Assembly: GCF_006345805.1 (NCBI RefSeq)
Contig: NC_043008.1
Coordinates: forward strand, 15,996,001-16,060,000
Direction: 5' to 3'
DNA: 64,000 bases
Source: Octopus sinensis
Lineage: Eukaryota
In this document: piece by piece, positions 26,087 to 40,917 of the stretch
How the letters are laid out: each line of letters opens with the position of its first letter
Numbering within the stretch: the first letter of the stretch is position 1
The notes under the pieces: generated by a model
Told to the model about the DNA's origin: nothing
What the model saw: only the letters and a program-made list of their open reading frames with translations
Database searches by the model: none
Position numbers and translations under genes: made by a program

Positions 26087-26867
26087 CATACATTGTCATA
26101 TATCATTTTCAAATTATAAGTATTTCTCGAGGGACCTCACATAGATATTTGTCTATTTCAGAGAACATTATATTTCTACTTAATGTTCTTTGACCTTGTA
26201 GGCTAAAAGTATATATAAACAAAAAAAAAATATTTCCTAGTAACTGACAGTTCATTTATATAAATTCTAAATAAACGTGCAAAACTGTTATACAACCAAG
26301 GATACACGTATGAACACCCATGCATATCTATATGTGTGTCTGTTGTGTGTTGTGTGGTTGTGTGTTTGCGTTTTTGTGGCTTACGTGTGAATAGGTGTGT
26401 ATACACCATTGCAGTAACGTGTGTATATACAGGAAACGGAAGTTATGACAGTCAAAATAAATTTCATAGATTTTCGCTTGCTTCATGTTTTCAATATTAA
26501 AAATATTAGAATAACCCCACCGAAATATATAGCAATCTAATGGAAAATAAGAACCAGAAGTAAAATAAACCATAACCATATAAATAAGTAAATAGAATCG
26601 TAAATATATAAAGTGTTGATATGTTTATTTGCAGTATTTTTTTTCAGGGGATAATGGATATGAAAATATTGGGTAGACAAATCGTCTACTCGAAAGAAAA
26701 TGTTTCAGAGATTTTCGTAAATGACATTAACCAGGTATGCAATATAGAAAATTGCTTTTCTAGAGAAAAAGTCTCATACGAACGGGGATATATTACGTCT
26801 CCATTTTGTATCTTATAATAATTTTTATTATTGCCATAATAACAGTAATAATAATAATAATAATAAC

Positions 26868-26925
<58 letters not shown>

Positions 26926-27205
26926 TCATCACCGTTATTATTATTGCTACGATTACCTTTATTTTTATTTCCGTTAATAATCTCAGAACTGTCAATAAAA
27001 TATTAGATAATTAAAATATTAAGAAACTACACTTATATGTTTTGTTACCGGGGCAGCGCTAAGGGTTTCAAAGCCAACTATCACGCCACACGATAGGTTA
27101 AAATTCGTGAAATAAAAAAAAATACTGCACTATAGTTTTATTACTTTTATTATTTGTATATATAAGCAACACTACAGAAGAATCAGTGTAAGCTTAAATA
27201 ATAAA

Positions 27206-27243
27206 CCGCGATAAGTGAACCGCGATATAGCGATGGATTACTG
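27206..27243 (+). mobile_element. pogo/Tigger-type right TIR remnant
   Basis: CCGCGATAAGTGAACCGCGATATAGCGATGGATTACTG is the reverse complement of a CAGTAATCC.TCGCTATATCGCGG Tigger-like terminus. Confidence 0.5.
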
Positions 27244-27313
27244 AATACGGTAGGCTGTCTCCCACAACAATTAGAAAACAAAAACTACCCGACGTTCCCA
27301 GCGGTTGATTTTA

Positions 27314-27804
27314 TCTTCTTCTTCTTCAGCTTCTTCTTCTTCAATTTCTTCTTCCAATCACTCCATTAGCCACAAAGAATAATCCCTAATTCGAGCCTAC
27401 TCTAAGCTACTAAGAATGCGTGTGGCAACTTGAAGATCCACCCACCACACGTGATAGACTGGCGGTTGCACGGACGCGAAAACTACGTGGCTTTTAACGG
27501 GTGGAGAGCTGAACCATCCTGGGATACAAAGGATTCGCAATCTAGACTAGGGTCTAAAAATTTCCCACACAATAGTAGGTTACACCGTGGTTCCTTTGCT
27601 TTGTGGCAGAAGTATGAAGAAAGAGTGAGAGAAAGTTGTGGTGAAAGACTACAGCGGGGTTCACCCCTCTCCCACCGTCGCCGGAGACTCGTGGAGCTTA
27701 GGTATTTTTGCTCAATAAAGATTCACAATCCCCGGTCTGGGAATCGAAACCGCGTTCTTATGACCGCGAGTCCGCTGCCCTAAACACTGGACCATTGCGC
27801 CTCC
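27314..27804 (-). mobile_element. tRNA-derived SINE, family C head with an alternative 3' tail ending in (GAA)n
   Basis: 27617-27804 matches 63595-63771; the rest does not. (CTT)n at 27314-27352. Confidence 0.8.
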
Positions 27805-28708
27805 ACTAGTTGCTGTAGCTGTTTAGTTTTGGATGCTGCTGTTATTTGTTGAGATCTCAAAAAGCTCAACAGAAGTTGCATGGAAGTTGTATTACCGACG
27901 AATAAAATAACAAATTGTTTTCCTGTGAAAGTGTACCAGAAGATGGTGCATAAATATTCTCTGTTAAAGAAGATGCGTCTCTTTTCCCCTTTTCAATGTT
28001 CATGATTTTTGTCGAGTGAGGTTGGATCGAAAACTGGTAACCTCCGCAAAAGAAACATTTATTTCCTTTACATTCACTGCTGCTACTGTTGTTATCCTTG
28101 TTGACTCTCTCATTATTGTTTCTCATTGGAGTAATTGTTGCGGTGACAATTTCGCTTCTGATCAGTTCAGTGTGTTGTTATAGCATTGGAAATACATGAC
28201 TTATTGCTCCTGGCGATTTTTGAGAGTTTCATTTGTTTAAATATCAGTGTGCTGGTTGCGCTACTTTTGTAGTACTGTGTGATCAGATATGGCTGCTGTA
28301 GAAGGTCCCACCTTCTTAAACCCCTCCTAACTCCCTCACTTACTGTCTAGCTATTTGGCAAAGACAAAGTCATTTTGGAAATATTTTGTATTTTTCGAAA
28401 TATTTTCTCATAAATATGTGTTCCTAGGGCTAATAAGAAAAGCAATTGATCAGTGTCTTATAGATCTGGTTAACTAACAAACAAGAAAGGGCCATAAAAT
28501 CTACAAGAGTAGATTTTTAGCTGGTAATTCGTGAGGAATGATGTTTTCGTGTATACATTTGTCGTTCAACTGTGCACGTTTTTACGTATATATTGTACAT
28601 ATATATATATATAAATGTGTGTGTGTGCGTGAGTGAACATGTACATTTATACGTTGATATATTTATCTATCAATCGACCATTCAATTTATCAATCTGTCT
28701 CTCACTCC

Positions 28709-28742
<34 letters not shown>

Positions 28743-28744
28743 CA

Positions 28745-28781
<37 letters not shown>

Positions 28782-30455
28782 GTATGTATATATATGTACA
28801 TATATATACCCATATATACACACAAATACTTGTATGCTTATCACAAACGATGACAAGACTTGAGGATATCACTCATTCGTTGTCATTTCTTTTAAATGCG
28901 TATGGGGAATGAATCACTTTACAATTCGGTAAAGATGTACATGGTGATATCATGGCGTTCAGGCGAAATCATGCCTTTCATTGCTAATTTCGGTACATAA
29001 CTAAGAGCTAGTAAAGAAATATAATTTTTTCTCCCACAGTCTACTGCTGGACCTTTGGTACATAGGATATTAAGCAATGAGGTTGCTTGGTATGAGAGGA
29101 ACAGCATAGTAATCTCCCTGAAATTTAAGCACAACTCATATTCTAGGATGATCACATGAGAAAAAGTTAGTTTCATACACATTATGATAACATTATGCTG
29201 ACAGGATATTCACGGCTGGAAAGGTCTTGGTCACAGTTATACTGAATCAATAACAATTCGCTTTTATATACTATGACACCGAGAAGAAAAACGATCGGGA
29301 GAAAATAGATATGTGAATTAACGCAATCGTAATATAAACATCGAATTTTAATTAGCGTATAATAATTCCTTTTATTTTCTCGTGGGGCGATTAACCCAGA
29401 AATTGAAGCGAAACCACTACAAATAAAAGAGAGAAGTGTATAATATGAATAAATCTATCGTGAAAGCGTTTTGCATACATTATACCACTTTATCTTGTGC
29501 CCCTATAAAAAATCATATTTATCATAGTGAAATTACAAGGAGAATTGCTTCAGTTCCTAGCATGAAGTTACCTTGGTAAATGTGGATGGCCAAGCATTTA
29601 AGAGTATTTAACTATTGCACGTGATCAATCAACAGACATGTTTCGCTATACTGCAATAATTTGATGGTTCGTTGATACACACAATTTAACATGATTAAGC
29701 GGGACGCATCTCTTCCAGTCACTTCCTCTTTGAAGTCTTTGTGTTCTGTTTTTTTGCGGCTGACAATTTCTGTCATCACACACAGCTATTATATAGTGAT
29801 TTTCCTTTGACCTGCCTTGCAGAAAAGAAAGAAGATAAAAGTAATTGATAATCATTTGAATGGATGAATAGCAACAAATATTATTCTGACGTTAGGATAA
29901 GTTTTGATTAGGTAAATTACGTTACATTTTTAGCGATACTAAAAGGTACAAGTCTATTTATATCTACTTTGTACATTTTTATTATCGTGATGATTTGTGT
30001 AAGTTGTATAGGAAGGATTGCACTTTCTATAGAGCTGAGGAACAAGAAAGAAAGATAGACAGCTGAATATAGCTCCAGTGAATAATGTTTGCAAACAATA
30101 CGTACATGTATACCCACACGTGCGCAAGAAAGCACACACTCAAACACATCGAAAAACATGTCATTTGATATATGTAGGATTTAAAACTCCCTGATGTACT
30201 GTAGCTTGCGATAGTACACGACACTCTATAGAAGATATCCCGACTATATTATCATAGTGTGCATGAAACTTATAGTGGGTCGCGATCAAATTCTATGTGC
30301 AGTAAATAATGCTAATCTCCCGATGGATGGAGTACATTATTGTTAATCTCAGAGATTAACGGAACATTACGCATATACATATATATACTACAAGCATTTA
30401 TGAAAGTGTGTGTATGTATCTATATATAGTTTTCTTTACCGTCAAGGTAAGATCG

Positions 30456-30489
<34 letters not shown>

Positions 30490-31840
30490 CATTTGAAATT
30501 GCTGTCCAAATGGTAAAACACATGTCAACCCTCCTAACCACAAATTCATGACGGTTTCATATCTGTAATTAACATAAAAGACAAGGTCGACACTAACGAC
30601 GAACAAGTTGAGAATTCGTTGGGATGCAAAAACCATAGTCGTAATAGATAACTTAGAAGTGTGAGCATCCTCCTTTAAAATAAACATATGGTTAATGAGT
30701 GGGGAGATTAGTAAGTAGCTTATAGTGTTCTGGTTCTCTGAAACCTTATATTGTCAAACGATTTCCCATGAAATATTTCATATTTACTTCAGTAACTTAT
30801 GCACTAGGTGAAAACATGAGCAGAAACTATAGATTTCTTGATTGTAAATTAACTATACTATTTCGCCTTTATTTAGTAAAGTCTCAGAAATTAATTTATA
30901 AGATACTTTGAATGACTTTGAGATAGGAGACACACACTGTAGAGTTAAGAGAAAGGGATGTCCATTGTGGGGGCTGACTCAAGTCACTTAACACCATAGT
31001 GCCAGATACGTTAAGAATTAATAATTCTGTGAACGCGCCTTTATGTAGGCGCGTATTATATTAAAATTACCAACTGCACTTTGAATTATAATTAGCTGTA
31101 AAGCAAAATAGGGGAAGTTTGTGTCTGGAAACTATAATCAAGATTTTAATGCATGGAATCCCAATGAATATAAGGATTTGTGATTGGAGTTGGTTGTGAT
31201 TACACAACAGAAATCAATTCTCCCCCTTCAACTTGTGGTTTACTGATACTGATGTTACATAGGTCATCCGAAAGTATGTAGTGCCCCTACTGATCCATGT
31301 TCACAGCTACATCATTCAACCTCTAATCTTATAAAGAGACAGGGTGTATACATGAATCCATTATCAAATGGGTCCATTGTAAAGAGAATGTATCATGTGA
31401 CCTGAGAAAAAATGTCGCTGCCATTTTTAACATGCCGTGCGATTAGTTAAGTACTTGGGCCATAAGGAAACAGACCTACGACTAATGGTCTTCATACAAT
31501 AAGCTGTGCATTGGATTCTTTGGGCTTGCAATTGCTATATCTACACTCTCCGATATGTACCTGTTAATATGTTAGTGTCCCTACATAGAGAATCGATTGG
31601 CCTTTCCAGTAGGTGATCCCTAGGCGTAGATGATCGCTTCAGGGCACACAGTGGTATATTCGTTGTTCAATGTGGCGAAACGCGTCAAGCAACATGTAAG
31701 AATATATCAAATCATAATTTGTGTGGGTATCACTGAGTTGTGACTGGAAAAGTGTTGAACTTTCTCTTTCATGAAGAAAATCGATAATTGAAACACAAAG
31801 AATAATTATAGGTTAAGTGCACAAATAATAACATATGTAC

Positions 31841-31910
<70 letters not shown>

Positions 31911-31911
31911 T

Positions 31912-31944
<33 letters not shown>

Positions 31945-31957
31945 TTCTATCTATCTA

Positions 31958-31989
<32 letters not shown>

Positions 31990-31999
31990 TCTATCTATA

Positions 32000-32034
<35 letters not shown>

Positions 32035-32078
32035 ATATATATATATATATATATCAACCTGTGTCTGTCTGTTAGTAT

Positions 32079-32150
<72 letters not shown>

Positions 32151-32214
32151 TAATGTATATGTATATGTGAGTTATCTGTGTCGGCCTGTCTATACATGAA
32201 CGTATCTTTCTCCC

Positions 32215-32282
<68 letters not shown>

Positions 32283-32906
32283 TAATAATAATAATTTATA
32301 TTATTTATAAGTATGTATATGTGTGTACATACATCTATACGCACACATGCATGTACACAGGCACACATACACATATGTGAGTGTCTGTATAAACACATAA
32401 ATATGTGCGTGTGAGAACCTCGTAATAGCTTTTTAAGTAATTGGTATAATATGTACGAATAGACGTTTGTATATATAAGCATAGAGACACGTATACATAT
32501 ATACATACATATATAAATATAGATATAGATATATAAATATATATATACATATATATACATACATGCACATATATATATATATGTATATATATACATATAC
32601 ATACATAGATACAAACACGCACACGCAGGCATACATACATATACCTTATGTATTTTACTTCTGTGTCCGTGTATAGAGTTTGACTTTTACTATGTACAAA
32701 CTTGTCTCAATGGAGAGTTCATGCACCTAATTAGTGGAATTGTGTCTTCTATTATTATATCGTTAATTTACCAATTACGCTACTAATTTTCAGTTCTGCT
32801 TAAGGTTATATATCGGAGCAACAGAGATGCGAAATAGTCAACAGAAGGTTAATATACGCGTATTATTATAAAATTCCTGTCTCATACCTTAGTAGGCACA
32901 CGCAAA

Positions 32907-32999
<93 letters not shown>

Positions 33000-33309
33000 T
33001 ATAATATATATATATATATAATATAAATATAAGTATAATATATATAAATATATATATATGATATAGATAATTATATTATATATATTACATATATATAAAC
33101 ATACATACACATACATACACCACACACACATATATATTTACATATATATATAAATATACTTATGTATAAATATATGTCATATATACATATATACATGTAT
33201 ATATACAAACGTATAAATATATATACATATACTTACACACACACACACACATATATATATATAACATTCGTATAAATATATGTGCATATATACATATAGA
33301 TATATATAG

Positions 33310-33340
<31 letters not shown>

Positions 33341-33430
33341 CGTATAAATATATATACATATACATATAGATATATACTCATGTATCTATATATATGCACA
33401 TATATAAATGTATATATATTATACATGTAG

Positions 33431-33465
<35 letters not shown>

Positions 33466-33480
33466 CATGGACAAATACGC
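31841..33480. repeat. large (CTAT)n, (TA)n, (AAT)n, (TACA)n microsatellite field
   Basis: Direct reading. Confidence 0.9.
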
Positions 33481-34789
33481 ACGCAACTACACACCCAGTA
33501 ACGCACAACGCACACACATTTCAGCGAATACGCACACGCATACACACACACAGATGAACATCGTAAAGTTATAGGCATGATCTGGTAGACACAACAAAAT
33601 TATCTTAAAGAAATCTGCTGAAATTATGAAATTATTCAAATCATACTGGCTCTACTTAATACCTTACCGTTTATATTCTGCTGATGTGATTTCCGTGTCT
33701 TTCTAAATTTAGATATAAATGTCTGTGACCTTTTAGAATCCACCTGGCACTCTTGTGTTACACAGGAGAATTTAATGCCAATTTGTTGGAGCATAGTGAA
33801 AGGGCTGTCACACTTAATAAAATATCTTTAGTGAATTGATATTATCTTATGATCCCAAATAGTTGTATCTTGTAGATAGTGTTTATTGGTTCGTAATGTT
33901 GTAGAAACGTTTCACAAATTAGTAAACATCTCTGGTAAACTAAACCTAAGCTGTGTATTATTAATCTTAATACAATTAGTGATATCTTCACTAATAGAAA
34001 TGAAAGCGAAAGAGAAACTAATTTCCGAGACGTACAGACTCGGCCTAGCCGTTTCCCCGGTTTCTGTAGCGTATAAACTCCTCAACTGCACAGTACGCCG
34101 GACCGTCGCATGATTATACATTTTTTGCCAGCAGAATGATCTGAAGCAACGTGACATGAAGCGCTTTGCTGAAAGACACAATGTGTAACCCGGCTCAACA
34201 ATCGAAAGCGCAATCTTACAAATCATGAGTCCAACACCAAAACATCTAGGCCGCGCGCCGCATTTCATTAATCGAGCTAGATATATTATATATTGTTGAT
34301 GTTGGAAGTGTTAATACCCGAAAGTGACTCATAATTGAACTCTACGCCAGAATGGGGTTTTGCACTTATTAATGCAGCGATGCATGAGTGTAAGAATATT
34401 TTCCTGGCAGTCTCGCTACGACTGCTTAAATAATTTAGCATGCTGATTAGAATATACAGTTACTTATTGTTATTTCGATGGCCATGTGCAGTTCTGCTAT
34501 CATGAGCACTCCCATAGAGATAAATAATAAAAAATTGCCTAAAGTGATTTCTCACCATTAAACAAAAATTAATATGTTGCTCACGCCGTATATTGTTCAT
34601 CACGTTACATTACTCAGTCAATCATCACGCCATGTTTTAACAACTTAAAGTTATCCAGGAATATTTTCTAATGACTAATTCAGAAACCGGATTTTCATAT
34701 TTATTTTTACTACGTATTGGCAAATTCAGACGCAAAATACGCTCCTTCTTATAGAGAACGTCATAGGAGGATTACATATCACTCATACG

Positions 34790-35560
34790 ATCAAGGCGTT
34801 TTTAAAATTTCACTTCATTCTGACTCAGTATTTTGGGACAGCGGTGTGTCCACAATTTATGCCTCATCATTCAGAAGCAGCAGGATCTCTGAGCCTAAAT
34901 GAGACTGGTGGTTTTGTTGAGAGTTTCAGTGAAGAAACTGTTTACTGATCCGATCTTACGTCTGCCAAACATTGAACGAAGACATATATTGTCTAGACGC
35001 GTCAAAATTGGGTGACAGCAATGTCAAGGTGACATGGCGTGAAAAGGATCAAGCGCCTGTTTTTCAGGAGGATTTTTGGAGCTTGAAGTCTCCGGCCTAG
35101 CTGTGCTAGCGTAGTGGGAGCAATGCCATCATAATATCCGCGGTTAAGGAGATACAGTTAACCGGGCCTGCACTTCGAACATAGCGACGGATTTGCTTTG
35201 CGCATATTCCTGCAGTACCCGTGCATGCTGACTTCTAGATATATATCGAATTCTTGCGGTCGCATACGAGGACAGATTCATCTGTCATCATCAGACCTCA
35301 GAAAAGATCGACCCACGCCTATTTACAACCTGGAAACACGTCGGCCTTTAAATACCTGACGTCGTATTCCACTTTGACGAATACCACATTGCCATCAAGT
35401 TTCGTCAAGAAATGTGAAGGTGGAAGGGAAGTGCTGACTTCCAGAAAATTCCTAAAAGGTGGATATGAGGATAAATCGAGGATAAATCGAGAGCTGCTAT
35501 ATTATATGAGGAACAAGGGCAAACTTGTGGTTTATTGCCCTTATCAAGAAATGTTCGGCA
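34790..35560 (+). mobile_element. Ty3/Gypsy pol relic (RT thumb, RNase H, linker)
   Basis: Broken + strand peptides FMPHHSEAA (FIPxFSxxA), KKLFTDPILRLPNIERR, DASKLG, LEL, VVGA, AHIP...AD, LLYY..KLVV occur in Gypsy order. Confidence 0.65.
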
Positions 35561-35798
35561 GAAGAATGTTGCTTATGTGAGGGTGAACGTACATAACTAC
35601 TAGAAACATGTATATTAAATAGTGTCAAATTAGCGACATATTGTCTTGCCTTCATTGTTACATATACAGTGACACCTAACAGACAGACAAACATACATGT
35701 GCACGCACACACACACAAACAATCACACACAAACACATATACATACACAAAGCCTATGTGTGCACACTCAAGTTCGTTGTATATATATATACATATTC

Positions 35799-35853
<55 letters not shown>

Positions 35854-36946
35854 ATATTATATATATATATATACATATTACGATGATATTTGATTTTAAT
35901 AAACATACATTCCGTAAGCTGCTATATTTGAAGTCGCTAATTTGATTAGTCATATTTACAAAGAAAATGTATATATGTATATATTTCATATAATCATGTC
36001 TTCCAATACCGGAAAACGAAAGTCTTTGGAATTAATTACTTTTGAATAGAATCAGATGCCGAAATTAATGGCTGAGTGAATGCCATAAGAAAGCAATTTC
36101 TGTGTTATGTTTCTGTACATCATACACTATTTGTAATTACATGATTAATATTATCTGAAACAAAGAACTGATTATAAAACAGGGTAGTTAGAGTCCTGTG
36201 GAGACATGATGGCGACAGATTTGCTGGTTACAATATAGCTACTTAGACAATAAGAGTCACATCATTTATAAGGCTTAAATTAATTTAGCGAAGGATTACG
36301 TTTAGATACACTTGAGGCTACTTAATCTTCTATTGTCAAGAAAATCATAATTGCTCGTCCACGTCTTTCTTTCATATAGGAAATTTCGCAATATGTATGT
36401 GTATGTTGGTAAATGCAGTCAGAGAGGTATCCATATATATTTGTATATATGTGTGTGCGCACATGTGCAGATGTCTATATATATATTTAATTCTAAAAAT
36501 GAAAGAAAGACGAAAAGAGAGAGAAAAAGAAACGCGAAGATGTACACAAGAATTATGTTATTCTGAAGCTCGGTGAAAGGAGAGAACATTTAACGTTTCG
36601 AGCAGAGCACTTCGAAAATCGCCAGCAGCCCACGTGTGGTTACATTTGTATATATATATATATATATATGTCATTTAGAGAAAGTAGTCCCCTTCATCAC
36701 ACCACATAAAAAATGTTAATTTAATTTAATACGTACTACTTATTTCTCAGCTACACGTGTTTCTTGAGGTTCTTTTGTTGTTCTTTAAGCACGCTTTTTT
36801 TTACAGGAACCTTTCTTAAAATGTATCCCCAATCATTAGCCCTCTAAATAACTTTATCCTAGTTCGATACCAAATACTATAACCCCTGTGATGTCGGAAT
36901 TTTTATTCTGTAGTAAATAAAGTAAAATATATATTTATACATATAT

Positions 36947-37020
<74 letters not shown>

Positions 37021-37241
37021 TCATAAATGAGGGTGAAAAATTAGATATTAATTTAATAATACCATCAGTTTAACACCAAGTGGCCTAGTACATAAAAACC
37101 AGGGAGACAATACAAATTTATACCTAAATATAAGTGAGTTACCGTTAAGTGGTTAACTATAGTGCTAGAAATAGCTCCTTGTTCTGGTATAGCCACCGAA
37201 GTTGTTTCCACAAAAGAAATAACATTACCTTCAACGTCTAT

Positions 37242-37284
<43 letters not shown>

Positions 37285-38439
37285 CATATAATGAATAGAG
37301 TGAGAGAGTGCAAGACATAATATGAACAAATATATAGCATATCAAAATCATGATAGCGCTGTCATGTATATAAAAACGTGTTTTTATATATATGTAAATT
37401 CATATGTATGGGTGTGCGTATGTGTGCGCGTGTGTGTACCCCTGTGTGTGTGTTTCTGTGTGCGTGCGTGCGTGTGTTATAGATATGACAACGACACACT
37501 TTACGGGGAGTGCGTACAAATAACATACAAACGAACGCTCTTTTTATCAGTCAAACTTTACCGCCCGAAGATAAACGCAGTCTGGTTGGCTGTCACACGT
37601 TTTGTTCAATTAGCGTTGTTCAGTTCAACGTAACATTGCGGCTTATACATAAACGGACGCGATAGATAAACTACAATAGAAGTACGTCAGAGAAGAACAG
37701 TCACAGAGAACAAAGCTAAATGACAACAAAGAATATATATACGAAGCAATATGCATACGAATACATGGTGTTCCTTGATTTCGCAATGAACTTAAAAACA
37801 TACATGCGTACATACATATACATATACTTACGTACGGAGACACACACTGGTAGAAAGCAGTACGTTAAACTTAGAATGTAGTGTCATGTGGTGTGTTAAC
37901 TGGTTAATAAACGTATGCTTCTTAACTATTACAGAAATTGATTCTCACTGAAACGTTTTCTATTAAGTAATTCTGTAATATAGTGGCCATGGTTTGAATA
38001 TGTTAGTTAATTACAAGGACAATAGATTATTATGAATGTTGATGTAGCATAGAAAATGCGAAAGAGTAGGATATTTGGCATATTCTTATTCAGTAATTTT
38101 GCTTTCAAATGTCTAGAATCTTGCTTTATGTAGATGAACAGTTAGATTATATTTACAATATACATGTACCATAATAGTCAAAGAGTGTTGAGTCAGATGA
38201 AAGAATGGCATCGCTGAGAAATACTAAAGCAGGCAATATGATTTGGACTGTCAATTTCAATATACAAAAGGTTTAATCACATATTTTAGATCACAAACAA
38301 GTACGACCATGTATTTCTTTGATAGAGAACTCCAAGTATTAAAACTGACTGGTAAGATTTTCACATCATGTAATTTTCTCCAAGTCACACCAACTATTGT
38401 CTCCTTTTGTTCCAAAGAAATAGAAGGCAACACTAATCT

Positions 38440-38575
38440 TTTCTACACTAGAGACAAGGTACGACATTTTGGGTAAGGGGTTCAGTCGATTAGATCGTCC
38501 TTAGCATGCAACTGGTAGTTAATTTATCAACCCCGAAGGGACAAAAGGTAGAGTCGAACTCGACGGAGAGGGCAA
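38440..38575 (-). mobile_element. family B SINE fragment
   Basis: CAGTCGATTAGATCG...GGTAGTTAATTTATCAACCCCGAAGGG. Confidence 0.65.
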
Positions 38576-39639
38576 GAATAACAACTTGGTGTAAATATTA
38601 TCGAAGGCGATATATTTGCGTAATTCCTATGACGGATTTAGTAAAATCAATTCTGTATACATTTATGTGTATTTTTTTATGGTGTTTCTCCTCAAAATAC
38701 CTTCAAGCAACAGCTATAGTTAGAATTAAATGTTAAACTCGATAACCTTCCTTATTATTCGTGTTTGTTCTTAAGAGTCAAACTGGCTATGGGTTCTTCT
38801 CAAGATTTTCAGTAACATATGATAAAAGCATATTGTACACTATGAGCGGTAATAAGATGCGATATACAGAATGGCATGCGTTAAAAGACGCTGTCTCCTA
38901 TGTGATTCTAGATGCATTCTATGTGTGTGTATATATGTTGTATTTGTGAGTTTACGTGTGTTTGTATATGTATGCGTATAATATTCACACATTTGATGTC
39001 TATTGATTTTTTAAACGTTATTTAACTTCGTATTTATCTATGTTTTATTGTTATTTGATGGCATTTCTATGAATGGAGTGATTTGTTAAAATGTATTTAC
39101 GGAAATATGAAAGTAAACTGATTTGTTAACACAAAATATATATGAATGCAAGCAACACAAGAAAATAAACACATGATGCTTTTGTTAAACGGTGGGAAAG
39201 AACCAAAAATGAAAAGAATTCATCTAATGATAAAGAAGTTCTGATCAAGGAAATTGAAAATATTTATAGTTTTAAATATATACATATTTTTTTTTCGCCA
39301 CGCGTGCACGTAAAAACGAAAATAAAGAAGACTTGATATTTATATGAAAACTATAGATATAATAATGTGATGTTATCTGTTAATGGTGTTTGATGCCGTA
39401 AGGTAACAAGAAGCTTTCATGGTTCATTCTGTAATTGCGTATTTGTTCCCAAACAATATTTTATGCGGTTTGCAATCTTTTTTTTGTTTTTTTTTGAAAG
39501 TATACAATTTAAAATGTTTACTTATCTATTACATCTCCTCGCTTCTCAGCATTAGAAAATGGAGTGATAATAAAGAAGCAGAGGTAAAGTTTATATATTA
39601 ATGTATAAAACTTGTAATAAATGCACACATCTATCTACA

Positions 39640-40272
<633 letters not shown>

Positions 40273-40589
40273 GATTGCTGTTACAAAGTAAAACACTATT
40301 TAAATTGTCACATACATGCTAAGTAGGTATTCACATGTTTCAGCATATGAACAATTGACAAAATACGCTCCTACATAAATGTGGCATAGACATAAGATGA
40401 AGATTTCTGAACTTTTTTATGCTTGCTTAGAGGGAAATGTATATAATGGAATACATTTATATTCACATAATCCGTTTTACATACACTCTTGATTGCTCAA
40501 ACATACCCCGTGCTCGTAAAGAAGATCAAAAAATTCGCACACACACTTATTTTCGTCGATCATTTAATATCTTTACTTCTTTTACACAT

Positions 40590-40917
40590 TACGCTGCAGC
40601 CTTGCTGGGGCAACGCTTTGAAGAATCTTTAGTCGAATGAATCGAACCCAGTACATGTTTTTAAGTTTCGCACGAATTCTGTTGGTCTTTACTAAGTTAA
40701 ACAAAACACCAGTTGACAAGCGGTAGTGGGAGACATCTTCAGACACAAACACACAAGCACACACACATGTATATACGACGGGCTTCTTTCAATTTCCCTC
40801 TACAAAATCCACTCACTAGGCTTTGATCGTTCTCAAGCTGTAGTTGAAGTCACTTGCCGAAAGAGACACGCACAGGGACTGAACTTGGAACCATGTGGTT
40901 GGGAAGTCAATTCCTCC
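40590..40917 (-). mobile_element. family A SINE, diverged
   Basis: ATATACGACGGGCTTCTTTCA...GGGACTGAAC.TGGAACCATGTGGTTGG, as in 3195-3330. Confidence 0.75.

Noticed and set aside
27866-28126. KCFFCGG in an 86-aa minus ORF, like a Gypsy gag zinc knuckle
   Set aside because: The remaining Cys/His residues of the knuckle are absent.
28496-28519. 9-bp perfect hairpin AAAATCTAC-AAGA-GTAGATTTT and similar short AT-rich hairpins
   Set aside because: Expected by chance in 64 kb of AT-rich DNA.
29010-29100. Strong + strand acceptor TTTTTTCTCCCACAG at 29039
   Set aside because: No convincing donor or recognisable peptide; isolated acceptors are common by chance.
31630-31695. GAAACGCGTC hammerhead-like 3' half
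   Set aside because: No CUGANGA core or stem II upstream.
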